A stretch of 34,860 nt of DNA from a virus (IMGVR_UViG_3300033067_001657:1-34860); one strand, 5' to 3'. Counted from the stretch's first letter, positions 25,863 through 34,860 are shown. The notes: generated from the letters alone by a model not told the origin. Made by a program: numbers and translations.

Positions 25863-26875
25863 GAATATTTCCTCGCTGTTTTGATACCATTGTCATTTGA
25901 TGATAATCTAGTTTTGAACGCTGATCTCATTGCTTCTATGAAAGCATCTTGATCAATAGTGGACCATTCTCCATGAGAACCAGGGAAAAAGAATCCATCA
26001 TACGCTCTTTCCATACCGGTGGGCTTAATTAGAATAGAATTTTCAGAAGTACAAAATTCAGTATGAGCAGAATAATCAGTTGTAATAACTGGTTTACCGC
26101 AAGCCATAGCTTCTAAAATAGGCATATTCCATCCTTCTGCTTTTGATGGAGATATATAGCAATGAATACCATTATAAACATCATTCATATTTTCTAAACT
26201 AAGGCCGCCTTCTATAAAGAATATTTTGCTGCCCAAGTTAGTATTAGCCACGCTTTTCTTCCACTCTAACAGTTTTTCAGGCGGCATAAACTGATTGTCT
26301 ATCATAAGAACCAAAGCCACTTCATCTTCTTTAGAGAAAGCTTTGTTAAACATTTCTACTAATTCGTTGTGGCCCTTTCTTACTTCTAATTTGCCTACGT
26401 TTAAGAATGTATATATAGGATTTGTCTCATGTCTCAATGTAGAGAAAAATACAGACATATCTACTCCTAATGGAGCTACATGCACTTCTTTTTGTTTAGT
26501 TTCGGCTTTTACTATATCAGCCGCCCATCTAGATGGGACAATTACTCTGTCTAAGGTTTCTATTTCATCTATATCTCTATCTGAAAATTTTGTAGTTTCA
26601 AATATAGTATAACCCACTCGCTTAGTTCCGAGAGGCATAAGGTTTATATTATTCGGATGCCACCATTTTAAAGATGGGCAATCTTTTCGAAGCTTACTAG
26701 TCGTAAAAGATCGCTTTTTGCATAATGATGCCAACTCCTGAGAAAAGAAATTTGAATAACTAGTCCCAGGAAATAGTATAAAATCTTCGTCTAGGGCGTC
26801 AAACGCCTTACACAAATTTTGTCCTACTATTCCTAAAGAAGTATTGTTAAGAGGGGTCATGAAATTAAATGTCAT
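25823..26875 (-). CDS. Glycosyltransferase family 4 (GT-B)
   Basis: YTIFET, IVPSRW, PLGVD, FLNVGKLEVRKG and PSKAEGWNMPILEAMACGKPVITTDY. Confidence 0.92.
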   Translation of the reverse strand: MTFNFMTPLNNTSLGIVGQNLCKAFDALDEDFILFPGTSYSNFFSQELASLCKKRSFTTSKLRKDCPSLKWWHPNNINLMPLGTKRVGYTIFETTKFSDRDIDEIETLDRVIVPSRWAADIVKAETKQKEVHVAPLGVDMSVFFSTLRHETNPIYTFLNVGKLEVRKGHNELVEMFNKAFSKEDEVALVLMIDNQFMPPEKLLEWKKSVANTNLGSKIFFIEGGLSLENMNDVYNGIHCYISPSKAEGWNMPILEAMACGKPVITTDYSAHTEFCTSENSILIKPTGMERAYDGFFFPGSHGEWSTIDQDAFIEAMRSAFKTRLSSNDNGIKTARKYSWRSTAQNLLLNI

Positions 26876-27546
26876 ATTACAAATCCTGTTGTGTCTTTTT
26901 TAGCGTCACCTTTGGCTTTTAGCCCGACTATGACGCCTTTTGGGTCTGTGAAGCGAAGATCGTGATCATCACCATTATATACGGAGTAACCTTGATATTG
27001 TTGTGGCATATTCTTAAATACTGCGGCAACATTTCCGGAATTAGCCAAAACAGCTTCGCATTTGTCCCAGTTATTCTCTGCTTTTGAAAACGTCAGATGA
27101 TAATTAGATGGCATTTTACCTTGACAAAACTTCATCATCCTTACAAGACTCTTAGTATAATCATAGAATTGAGCGTTGTATTTACTCATATCTATAATAT
27201 TTTCCCAAGGCAAGTCGCTAGTACCATTCAATCTTATAGCTGGTATCTTATGTTTCTTGTTACAATTTTTAATAAAATTACTAATATCTTTTTTTAATAA
27301 TTCTACAAACTTATTTTTATCTGTAAGAAAAAGCTGTGTCTTTTTTAACCTAGCTTGATGCACATTCGAAAATTTACCCATGCCCGCCGTATACAAACAC
27401 GCCGCAGCACAACCCGCTGTAGCATGAGGGCATAAATTTTTACCCGATATTTTATGTGGAGATAAATATAATATAGCTGTAAGATACGTCCCTAAGTTGT
27501 CTGACTTTATCGTCTTTACGTTATTGTTCGTTCCTAATAGTTCCAT
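26872..27546 (-). CDS. Phage gp88-like protein (Cys triad, radical-SAM-like)
   Basis: CPHATAGCAAACL, RLNGTSD, FYDYTK, NYHLTFS, GDDHDLRF.D and GLKAKG. Confidence 0.75.
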   Translation of the reverse strand: MELLGTNNNVKTIKSDNLGTYLTAILYLSPHKISGKNLCPHATAGCAAACLYTAGMGKFSNVHQARLKKTQLFLTDKNKFVELLKKDISNFIKNCNKKHKIPAIRLNGTSDLPWENIIDMSKYNAQFYDYTKSLVRMMKFCQGKMPSNYHLTFSKAENNWDKCEAVLANSGNVAAVFKNMPQQYQGYSVYNGDDHDLRFTDPKGVIVGLKAKGDAKKDTTGFVI

Positions 27547-27574
27547 AAAAAAACAAAGCCCGCTTGTCGCGGGC
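27547..27574 (-). terminator. Rho-independent terminator
   Basis: GCCCGC-GACAA-GCGGGC stem-loop followed by TTTGTTTTTTT on the minus strand. Confidence 0.8.
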
Positions 27575-27586
27575 CTCTCATAAATG

Positions 27587-27919
27587 CTATGTTAACCAAT
27601 TGATTAAATCTTTTTCTGTCGCATTTAAGTGTTTTGCATGGTTTGCTAAAATCTTTAATATTTTTGAAATTCTTGGCGGTTCATAACTTTTATTTTCAAT
27701 CTTTTTATATGGGATGCCTCGTATGAAGGCATAAGCCAATAATGAATGTCTTTGCTCGTAACGAACTATGTCCAATCTATGAAGTCTTAAATTTAGTCTA
27801 ACTAAAGAGCTTTTAGTTTTGACTTCTTCTTTTCTAATAATTCTAGCTTCTTCTGCTAAATACTTAATTTTGATACGTAATGTATGTCTTGATAATTCAA
27901 ATAATTCTTGTTCTGTCAT
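27587..27919 (-). CDS. Conserved hypothetical basic phage protein
   Basis: LRIKIKYLAEEARIIRKEE...LHR...VR.E.R...LAYAFIRG.PY..IE; GGAG RBS. Confidence 0.7.
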   Translation of the reverse strand: MTEQELFELSRHTLRIKIKYLAEEARIIRKEEVKTKSSLVRLNLRLHRLDIVRYEQRHSLLAYAFIRGIPYKKIENKSYEPPRISKILKILANHAKHLNATEKDLINWLT

Positions 27920-28004
27920 GTTAAATCTCCGTAAATGTATTTTAATAAATAATTAAACGATAGATTCAACTAACAAGGATCTCTACATTCAGTAAATCAT
28001 ATGA

Positions 28005-28235
28005 TTACTCCTCTTTATTTTTTGGCGGTTTCTGTTTCGCTTCTGCGATTTTACCTAAAGATTCTGCCGAATTCAATAGTTTGATTAAATCATCTCTCAT
28101 ATTAGCTGGACAGGTTATCTTGTCCATATATCCCCTGCTGTTCCTAAACACAATACTTGTTTCGTCTTGAGGATTAGCAGAATACGGACCTTTCGGATAC
28201 CTAGTAGAGAATGTTTTTAAATAAGTATATTCCAT
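28005..28235 (-). CDS. Hypothetical protein
   Basis: Likely start is MEYTY at 28235, right after the upstream stop. Confidence 0.55.
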   Translation of the reverse strand: MEYTYLKTFSTRYPKGPYSANPQDETSIVFRNSRGYMDKITCPANMRDDLIKLLNSAESLGKIAEAKQKPPKNKEE

Positions 28236-28236
28236 T

Positions 28237-28473
28237 TTATGATTGATCCCAATTACTTTTATATAGTTGCATATGCCCAGATTCGGCTTCTGTATACCAA
28301 GCGCAGCCAATACTAGGCATATCTGTTTCTGATTTAAATTTTACACTAGACGGAAATAATTCTGCTATATCAATAAAATATTTCACACCAGTTTTTTGCA
28401 ATAAGAAGTTCTCACAATGAGAACCCTGTTCTATCTCTAAAATCTTTATAGAAGTCGATTTTTTGGTTGTCAT
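28237..28473 (-). CDS. Hypothetical protein (start uncertain)
   Basis: Track ORF is 28237..28542; the ATG at 28473 minimises overlap. Confidence 0.45.
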   Translation of the reverse strand: MTTKKSTSIKILEIEQGSHCENFLLQKTGVKYFIDIAELFPSSVKFKSETDMPSIGCAWYTEAESGHMQLYKSNWDQS

Positions 28474-28672
28474 ATAATTTTTTAACCTCATCCTTAGAAA
28501 GGACAAATCCTTTTCCGCTCTGTTTTTTATTAGCTGCGGCAATAATTATCCCATAAATAAATTGCTCTGTTTCTCTGGTTACAGATACAACTTTAAATTC
28601 TTCTAAGTATTCAATATAGTATAATGTCGTAAAAAACGACAAACTATCTTGGGATGGCAATTTTTCTGACAT
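28412..28672 (-). CDS. Hypothetical protein
   Basis: 86-aa ORF overlapping the protease stop. Confidence 0.5.
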   Translation of the reverse strand: MSEKLPSQDSLSFFTTLYYIEYLEEFKVVSVTRETEQFIYGIIIAAANKKQSGKGFVLSKDEVKKLYDNQKIDFYKDFRDRTGFSL

Positions 28673-29291
28673 CTATAGCGGTCACGGGCCAAGTGGCTTG
28701 TTTTTTATCAGAATCTTTAATCCATCTCCAACCGCCAGAGAGGACACCTATTAATTTCCCGTCTTTGAATACACCAGAGCCAGAATCTCCGGGATAACAA
28801 ATGCCGTCTAAAAATATTCTATTATCGTACTCTAACGACAATGGATATTCTATCTTTTCTTGGGGAATTTGGAAGTTGCTTCGTCTGATTAAGACAGAAA
28901 TTTCTTCTCTTTTATTCGCATCTCCAACATAAAGTTCTGCGATTTTTATTCCTTTTGGAACTTTAACACGTATTACAGCAACATCGTTTTGAATGTCTTT
29001 AAGTAAAACAGCCTCAATTCTTTGAATAATTCTGTCTTTTTCATTAATACAGATAGTTATATCTCTATCAATAAAATCACTAATAACATGGGCCGCTGTA
29101 ATAACATCAACTATGTCGAATTTCTCTAGTTCTTGATGTTTTCTGAATACTGTACCGTGTCCAGCAAACTGAAATAAAAACTGACCGTCTGCGACAAGAA
29201 CGGAACTTCCGATTATAACTTGAGTGTCTTGTTGACCCAACAAATTAAAAGGAAACAATACTAACAATAGGCAAAAAAATAAGTGTTTCAT
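28644..29291 (-). CDS. Trypsin-like serine protease with signal peptide
   Basis: Catalytic triad TAAH, NDVAVI and GDSGSG; hydrophobic N-terminus; GGAGGT RBS. Confidence 0.88.
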   Translation of the reverse strand: MKHLFFCLLLVLFPFNLLGQQDTQVIIGSSVLVADGQFLFQFAGHGTVFRKHQELEKFDIVDVITAAHVISDFIDRDITICINEKDRIIQRIEAVLLKDIQNDVAVIRVKVPKGIKIAELYVGDANKREEISVLIRRSNFQIPQEKIEYPLSLEYDNRIFLDGICYPGDSGSGVFKDGKLIGVLSGGWRWIKDSDKKQATWPVTAIDVRKIAIPR

Positions 29292-29320
29292 AAAAGCACC
29301 CTCCGCCTATATAAAACACC

Positions 29321-29734
29321 TTATAATGTTTTTTTCCAATAACAGGAATGGCTATACGACCAGGGGGTTTCAGGTGTAAACATTCTAAAACCGCAATCTA
29401 TTAGGTTATTTGCAGATGCGGGGTTTGATGTTGTGTCAGTTACTGCGTATTTATAGCCGAATTTTTTCGCTGTTTTTAACCTTATCCTTATTAACCTTTT
29501 ATGCAACCCTTTTCCTCTAAACTGATCGAATACTCCGGCTCTACATAAATATATGGTTTTAGGAGCGTTTGAGGCTATCATACCGCAAAATCCCGCTATT
29601 TCTGTTTTATGTTTAGCTAACCACCAAAATCCTGTTTCTGGTTTAACTATTGGGCAATGAGGGAAAAGTATAGATTGTAATAGCTCTATATCTTCGAATT
29701 CATCGGAATATTGGATTTGTCTTATTCTTATCAT
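29321..29734 (-). CDS. GNAT family acetyltransferase
   Basis: Acetyl-CoA motif A V...FRGKGLH and N..S..NL..CGF. Confidence 0.88.
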   Translation of the reverse strand: MIRIRQIQYSDEFEDIELLQSILFPHCPIVKPETGFWWLAKHKTEIAGFCGMIASNAPKTIYLCRAGVFDQFRGKGLHKRLIRIRLKTAKKFGYKYAVTDTTSNPASANNLIDCGFRMFTPETPWSYSHSCYWKKTL

Positions 29735-29758
29735 ATGGCATCATAAGTACTGACACCG

Positions 29759-29968
29759 TTACTGATTTTTAATAAAAAGAAAACCGCCCATTTTGCATTT
29801 ATCCATTCTCGAAACATAATAACTGACGAAATTAGACACGGCGTATTCTAATAGGTCTTCGTGTCTTATGTTAACTTTGTTATTATTTTTGTCGGTTCCA
29901 TTCCAATGACCTTTTTCTTCCGTATGAAGAGGTAAGAACTTAGAATATAGTTGTTCTCTAGTCAACAT
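29759..29968 (-). CDS. Hypothetical protein
   Basis: 69-aa ORF in an operon. Confidence 0.5.
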   Translation of the reverse strand: MLTREQLYSKFLPLHTEEKGHWNGTDKNNNKVNIRHEDLLEYAVSNFVSYYVSRMDKCKMGGFLFIKNQ

Positions 29969-30497
29969 AGTCTGCTGTTTCAGTTAATATTCCATCTTTA
30001 TTTATTTTCACTCTAATATTATATCCAAATACAATATTAAGAAGTTCAAATGGAATACTTTGTATTATGCTATAACATTCTTCTTGAAAATCTATAGCTT
30101 CTTGGGTTGGTTCTGTATCGTTATCTCCCCATCTTCTGTATTCGTCTCCATCTAGATACGTTGCGTTGCTTAAATAAGGCAAGCACGCATCGCCGTCGTT
30201 CCAAGATGGAATATAAATACAAAAAGTAAAATTAGTATAGATAGATGATTTTAATTTCTCTGATATGCTTGAGACTATAAAATCCTTAACTTCATTTTGT
30301 AAATTGTTAAAATTTTCTCTTATCGCTTGTGCTTCTGGGTGCATTTTAATTTCCTCTTTTTCAATTGTTTCAACCGAACTTCCATAGCTACCATTAAGCA
30401 TAAAAAATATATCCACTTTTTTTAATGCTTTGATTAAACTGATATAATTTCCTGATCCGTTTATGGGCAACTTTTTAAATCTTTTTAAGTTATGCAT
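29958..30497 (-). CDS. Hypothetical protein downstream of rIIB (start 30497 or 30344)
   Basis: YIPSWNDGDAC...FG motif; alternative ATG at 30344 has a GAGG RBS. Confidence 0.6.
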   Translation of the reverse strand: MHNLKRFKKLPINGSGNYISLIKALKKVDIFFMLNGSYGSSVETIEKEEIKMHPEAQAIRENFNNLQNEVKDFIVSSISEKLKSSIYTNFTFCIYIPSWNDGDACLPYLSNATYLDGDEYRRWGDNDTEPTQEAIDFQEECYSIIQSIPFELLNIVFGYNIRVKINKDGILTETADYVD

Positions 30498-30498
30498 A

Positions 30499-31329
30499 CT
30501 AAAAATCATACATACCATCATCTGGATAATTAACATCGTGATCGTCGAGGAAAGTCGCATCATCATCTTCCCACTCTTCTCCATGATTATCAGATAAAGA
30601 ATATTCCATTGGACCAGTGTATTCTTTCAAGCAATAGTATTCACAGGTTCGTAATTTCTGGCAATTACAATCAAGAGGAACAGACACCACATTCGCTGGG
30701 TTAATCTTAACAATAATAACCTTATCGCCAAAACTTGCAAATCCTCTCACGTATTCTAAAGTACCAGCATGCAGCCCTCTAGAACAACCAATGTTCCTAT
30801 CATCATTAACAGAACCTCTTGGCTCGGCTACTGTGTTTCCTATGCTGTTATCATAAATACCTTTATATTTGTCATAAAAATTAGATCTAACAGCTTTATA
30901 TGCTAGAAAATCCCCATCTTCGCAGATAGGTAAATTTTTGTGTTCTAGAAAATCGTATAGTTCTGTTCTAGAAGAATAACTAGGATTGCTAAATAGCTTC
31001 TTTAGAAAATTGACAAGAGGTGCTACAGGATAATCTTTTTTAATAAAATCACAAATTCTTTCTACAATAGTACCAGACAACTGCTCATTGTTATATCTAA
31101 CAGTAGAACCGTTAACTAATTCAATATCTGTTGATTTGATATATTCTTTTACAGAATTAACCATATCACAAAGATTTATTAACTTATTTTTTTCTTCTTC
31201 TGTTAAGTTTTGGCGAAAAACTAGTTGTTCTATCTCAAATAAATTTGCGTTATCATTATCGATTGTAAAAGATTTTCCATCTAATACAAAAGTAAAATTG
31301 CCATCATTTGTTTTAATCCACGGTATCAT
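30499..31329 (-). CDS. rIIB: rIIB-like protein
   Basis: NPS...ELYDFL...EDGDFLAYKAV, CSRGLH, VKINPANVVSVP and KLRTCEY; immediately follows rIIA; GGAG before MIPW. Confidence 0.92.
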   Translation of the reverse strand: MIPWIKTNDGNFTFVLDGKSFTIDNDNANLFEIEQLVFRQNLTEEEKNKLINLCDMVNSVKEYIKSTDIELVNGSTVRYNNEQLSGTIVERICDFIKKDYPVAPLVNFLKKLFSNPSYSSRTELYDFLEHKNLPICEDGDFLAYKAVRSNFYDKYKGIYDNSIGNTVAEPRGSVNDDRNIGCSRGLHAGTLEYVRGFASFGDKVIIVKINPANVVSVPLDCNCQKLRTCEYYCLKEYTGPMEYSLSDNHGEEWEDDDATFLDDHDVNYPDDGMYDF

Positions 31330-33283
31330 AAATTTCTCCATTCAAAAGTTTAATACTTTCATCTATATGTCTAATATCTATTAAAGCGAACGCGCTCATG
31401 TATTTTTTGATAGATTCTAATATCTTATTATATTTTTCTATATAGTTTTCTTCTGGGAAGTAGTCTTTAAAATGCTCACAATGTTCTATTGATGAACAAA
31501 AATTACAAAAATTGATTAAGTTTTTATCTTTTAATTGATGGTTGTTTCCATAAGATTTAGTAAAATTAATAAAATTTGAAGCGTTTTTTAAACACGGAAA
31601 AGAGTTAGTCAATTTTTCATGAATAAAATAGTTATATACTTTATCTAAAACATCTTCTCTAGAGAGTAAAGACTTAATAAAAAAATCTTTTAGTGAAGTA
31701 AAATTTTTCTTACTTAATAAATGAGCATCGCCGGGTTCTATGATAACTACTTTAGTATCTGATTCAAAGAAATTAGCAAAATTTCCGACATTTATCTCAT
31801 GACCTTTATAATCTGCTTTATACCTATAGGAATAGATACAATATACATATATGACTTGATCATTTTCAACGTCTATATCTTCTCTATTCTTCGTATAATC
31901 AAAAGTTTTTACGCCGTCTTTTGTTGTTGATTTGAAATCAAATACAGAAAACGGTCTAGTTTTAGGTTTAATTTTTCTTTGAAGAGTTTCTTCTTTTTTA
32001 ATGTCTGGTAAATTACTTTCATCATAAAACGATATATCTTCATCTCTTGCTTGAAGCATCGCTAAAAGTCTTGTTTTATCTATTTTAGATTTATCAAAAA
32101 CGTATACATAACTATGGTTTAAATTTCTACATCTGTTTATTGTTTTTTTTACATTAGTATCTATTATAGCAAAACCTATAGTTTTTTTATCAGAAACCTC
32201 TATAGTTTTTAGAGTCTCCCATTCATTTCCTCTTATTCTTCTACCAGGAGTAATTCTGGTGTGAATTAAATCACATGATATGCGCATATCCTCTTGGAGG
32301 AATAAAGAAGGATATTCAAAATTAAACTTATAGTAAAAAGATAATATTTTTTTACAATATAAGCTATTATCATTATGATAAATAATTTCTTTTATTTTGG
32401 CATTTATAGATTTTAAGGCGTCGTCTAGAATGTGGCCCACTTTAGCATGGGTAGTAGAGTCGTACTCTAAACCTTCTCTAGATGGTTGTATAGACAGATA
32501 TCCCATAGGAACATCTATTATAATAGTTTTAGATCGATGTAGCCTACTTAATTGCGTATAATAATTGTGAAAAAATTCTCCTAAAATTGGGTAGCCGATG
32601 CCTCCCATTCTTATATAAAAACCATCAGAACCAGCAAGAACAGTTATATTATCAGCTTCTAATAAAACATTTGGATTTTCAAACTGTAAATTACAATCTA
32701 CAGGCCTATGGAAAAATTTCCTAATTCTATCGAACTTATTGATAAATGGTCTAACATCTTGCGGTTTTACAGAAAGAGATACTTTAGTACCATTTGGTTC
32801 GTCAGTATAAGATTCTCCACCTAGTGATATAACCGGAAGGCTCTTCTCGTTATAGTGGCATATATAGTTTCTGCACACATTATCTATGTAAGTAGTTACG
32901 GTGAACATGTCTACATATGAGAACGGCGTTTTGCTTCCAATACCAAAAAACCCCGCTTCGTCATTTGTATCTCTTTTATCCGAGGCCATATAAGTAGAAT
33001 AAACTTCTTCTATCTTTTCAGGAGACATAGAATCTCCGTAGTCTCTCACAGAGAAAACACTATCCATTATAGTAGGTAATGTCACATAGACAGGAGTCTT
33101 ACTATTCGCTCTTATATTAGCATCTATAGCATTTGCTATAATTTCTTGCAAAATAGCTTTGATTGGGTCGCTATATTGTCTAGCTAATAATCTGAATGCG
33201 TGGGCGTTCACCGCCATTTTGCATTCTATTTGTTTCTTGATACCAGCGGTCTGAATATTTAACGGTTGTTCTATTACTTTCAT
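31313..33283 (-). CDS. rIIA: rIIA-like protein (N-terminal GHKL/HATPase domain)
   Basis: YSDPIKAILQEIIANAIDA, VRDYG, S.KR..N...GFFGIGSK.PFSY, NGTKV, MGGIGYP and PSREGL. Confidence 0.92.
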   Translation of the reverse strand: MKVIEQPLNIQTAGIKKQIECKMAVNAHAFRLLARQYSDPIKAILQEIIANAIDANIRANSKTPVYVTLPTIMDSVFSVRDYGDSMSPEKIEEVYSTYMASDKRDTNDEAGFFGIGSKTPFSYVDMFTVTTYIDNVCRNYICHYNEKSLPVISLGGESYTDEPNGTKVSLSVKPQDVRPFINKFDRIRKFFHRPVDCNLQFENPNVLLEADNITVLAGSDGFYIRMGGIGYPILGEFFHNYYTQLSRLHRSKTIIIDVPMGYLSIQPSREGLEYDSTTHAKVGHILDDALKSINAKIKEIIYHNDNSLYCKKILSFYYKFNFEYPSLFLQEDMRISCDLIHTRITPGRRIRGNEWETLKTIEVSDKKTIGFAIIDTNVKKTINRCRNLNHSYVYVFDKSKIDKTRLLAMLQARDEDISFYDESNLPDIKKEETLQRKIKPKTRPFSVFDFKSTTKDGVKTFDYTKNREDIDVENDQVIYVYCIYSYRYKADYKGHEINVGNFANFFESDTKVVIIEPGDAHLLSKKNFTSLKDFFIKSLLSREDVLDKVYNYFIHEKLTNSFPCLKNASNFINFTKSYGNNHQLKDKNLINFCNFCSSIEHCEHFKDYFPEENYIEKYNKILESIKKYMSAFALIDIRHIDESIKLLNGEIYDTVD

Positions 33284-33495
33284 TAATCACTCGAATCTAC
33301 TGTATAATAATAATTACAAATTGGGCAATGATAACTATTCAAACATCTACCAATATTCTTTCTATGTATTGGATGTTCCAACTTTCTACATGATAAATAT
33401 ATAGATGGATATTCTTCACCCCACCCATTCATATAACCTAAGTCAACCACTGAGGCTTTCTGTCCGGTTTCCGAATGAAATTGTTTTTCGGCCAT
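33283..33495 (-). CDS. Hypothetical protein with Cys/His cluster
   Basis: DLGYMNGW...C...H...GRC....CPIC.Y..DSSD; GGAG RBS before MAEK. Confidence 0.6.
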   Translation of the reverse strand: MAEKQFHSETGQKASVVDLGYMNGWGEEYPSIYLSCRKLEHPIHRKNIGRCLNSYHCPICNYYYTVDSSD

Positions 33496-33950
33496 TCTTT
33501 TCTCCTTAAACATTCACGGTACGCTTCGAATGTAGTAATCTCTGTATTATTTTTAATATCATCTGGCATAGCTCTTGCAAAATCTTTAGCTTCAAAAGAA
33601 TTTCCTAATGGGAATAATTTTAAACAATAATTTAAAGAATACTCGCAGGCATGTTCTTTTCCATACCTCATAGTATATTCTTTGCATAGATTTATACCAT
33701 GAGCTAATAACCAACTCCAATTGTTAATATTGGAAGCCGCCCACACAGTACATGGATGATTCCTAAAAGCACCTTTAGCAGTATTATAAAAACCTCCAGA
33801 TTTTTTAGGAATATCCCCTAAATTTAAATACCACTTACTGGCTATTATAGATAGCATCTGAGTTGTCTCAAGCGGCATTTTAACAATGTGTTTGTCGGGC
33901 AGTACTAACGCACTTTTAATTGGACACAGATCCGTTACGAATATATTCAT
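33438..33950 (-). CDS. Pyrimidine dimer DNA glycosylase / endonuclease V-like protein
   Basis: MNIFV...P..SA..LPDKHIVKMPLE..QMLS, NHPCTVWA, LCKEYT.RYGK.H and FARAMP. Confidence 0.8.
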   Translation of the reverse strand: MNIFVTDLCPIKSALVLPDKHIVKMPLETTQMLSIIASKWYLNLGDIPKKSGGFYNTAKGAFRNHPCTVWAASNINNWSWLLAHGINLCKEYTMRYGKEHACEYSLNYCLKLFPLGNSFEAKDFARAMPDDIKNNTEITTFEAYRECLRRKEWPKNNFIRKPDRKPQWLT

Positions 33951-34379
33951 CTATTTTAGATTTCAGAATCTCTAAAGAAATTTGCTTATAAGAATTATCT
34001 AAACCAGGAACTTGAATAGCGACTCCTCCATGCTCTCTGAACAAGCGACATTTTTCCGCATTGTCATCTTAGAGAAGTTCTTCTTCAGCCATAATTTCTT
34101 GCCAGAGAATGAGGTTTCATGCCTGGATGGGCTAGTGCAAATATACCATTCTTTATCTTTCAAGAACTCCATAAGATAATCGTAATAAACAGTCGTTTCT
34201 AGACCCGCCCAGAATTTTTCTCCAACTAAATCTATCCAATACCAGAATTCTTTAGGTGTCGGAGCGAAATTCAAGTGCATATCTATATCAAGATTTAAAT
34301 CTTCTAATCTCTTATTATAGACTTTACACACTCCGTCCAAAAAATTGGTTAACACCCCGTCCATATCTACTAAATACAT
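33916..34379 (-). pseudogene. 5'(3')-deoxyribonucleotidase (HAD/NT5C), disrupted by an apparent deletion plus frameshift near 34068
   Basis: The N-terminal part has DMDGVL..F...W..L...TSP...GK..WL. The C-terminal motif DDNAEKCRLFREHGGVAI continues in another frame (34068 to 33916), preceded by TAA. Confidence 0.7.
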
Positions 34380-34380
34380 T

Positions 34381-34746
34381 TTATTCTCTCTCTAAAAAAT
34401 TTAGATTCTCTACTTCTGCTAGCTCTTTAAATTTAGTATTAACATAATCAGCAAAATTTAGATTAGGATTGTTACTTCTATCATGAATACTCTGCATCGT
34501 TTGTATTAATTCTAAATGATGATTAGATAATCCGAGACTTGTCCAATGCATCATTTCTAATTTTTGTGAGTATTCTTCATCCGGAATAAGACAACCAGCG
34601 GCACACATTAATCCATTATGTCTATATCTGCAAAAGCCATACTCATCAACACTTGCTCTACCTTGATTTATTAAATGATTATAGACTTTATCAAAAACTT
34701 CTTGCGCCGACATATTAGCCAGCATTTCATTTATTACTTTATTCAT
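34381..34746 (-). CDS. Conserved hypothetical phage protein
   Basis: QEVFDKV..HL..QG..S...C.YR..GLMCAAGCLI..EEY...LE...Q.IHD pattern. Confidence 0.7.
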   Translation of the reverse strand: MNKVINEMLANMSAQEVFDKVYNHLINQGRASVDEYGFCRYRHNGLMCAAGCLIPDEEYSQKLEMMHWTSLGLSNHHLELIQTMQSIHDRSNNPNLNFADYVNTKFKELAEVENLNFLERE

Positions 34747-34774
34747 TTTTATATTGCGGACCTATGCCCATTTC

Positions 34775-34860
34775 TCACATCCCCCCACTCTTTATATTCC
34801 CCTCTTCCTTCTAATTGCTCTTGGACTTCTTTAAAACTAAGAGGTTTTCTCCATTTGCAC
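34775..34860 (-). CDS. 3' end of a CDS entering from outside the window
   Basis: Open frame ...CKWRKPLSFKEVQEQLEGRGEYKEWGM* ending in TGA at 34775. Confidence 0.4.

Noticed and set aside
27920-28004. AT-rich intergenic gap as a phage promoter
   Set aside because: Plausible, but I could not identify a convincing -35/-10 pair or a motif repeated elsewhere in the window.
1239-34447. All plus-strand ORFs in the track (e.g. 1239..1613, 7205..7564, 24934..25272, 26295..26612, 31088..31384)
   Set aside because: They are antisense shadows of well-supported minus-strand genes or tRNAs and have no recognisable motifs.
1-34860. Genome-wide stop-codon reassignment suggested by the UUA/UCA-like loops
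   Set aside because: TAA (2519), TAG (7787, 30499) and TGA (1268, 21728) all end genes at expected positions, and conserved proteins are full length in code 11.

Overview
A 34.9 kb AT-rich segment of a large tailed dsDNA bacteriophage genome. Essentially every real gene is on the minus strand, tightly packed and often overlapping, in standard code 11. The left end (1-9 kb) is a replication/recombination module: partial DnaE-type polymerase, SSB, Cas4-like nuclease, primase, DnaB, RecA and PhoH. The middle encodes nucleotide metabolism and DNA modification: RNR beta and alpha 10 kb apart (alpha has a 146-aa mini-intein; beta has the tyrosine-less class Ic signature), MazG, a GMP reductase-like enzyme, a C5 DNA methyltransferase, DHFR and a TGT-fold DpdA-like protein. 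It also holds one canonical tRNA-Tyr and three non-canonical tRNA-like RNAs. The right part has a sigma-70-like factor, a GT4 glycosyltransferase, a gp88-like protein, a secreted serine protease, a GNAT, rIIA/rIIB, a DenV-like glycosylase and a deletion/frameshift-broken 5'(3')-nucleotidase. The main leads are the aberrant tRNA-like RNAs, the class Ic RNR, the candidate base-modification cluster and a Tad2-like anti-defence gene. All calls come from motif recognition and hand folding; no searches were run.
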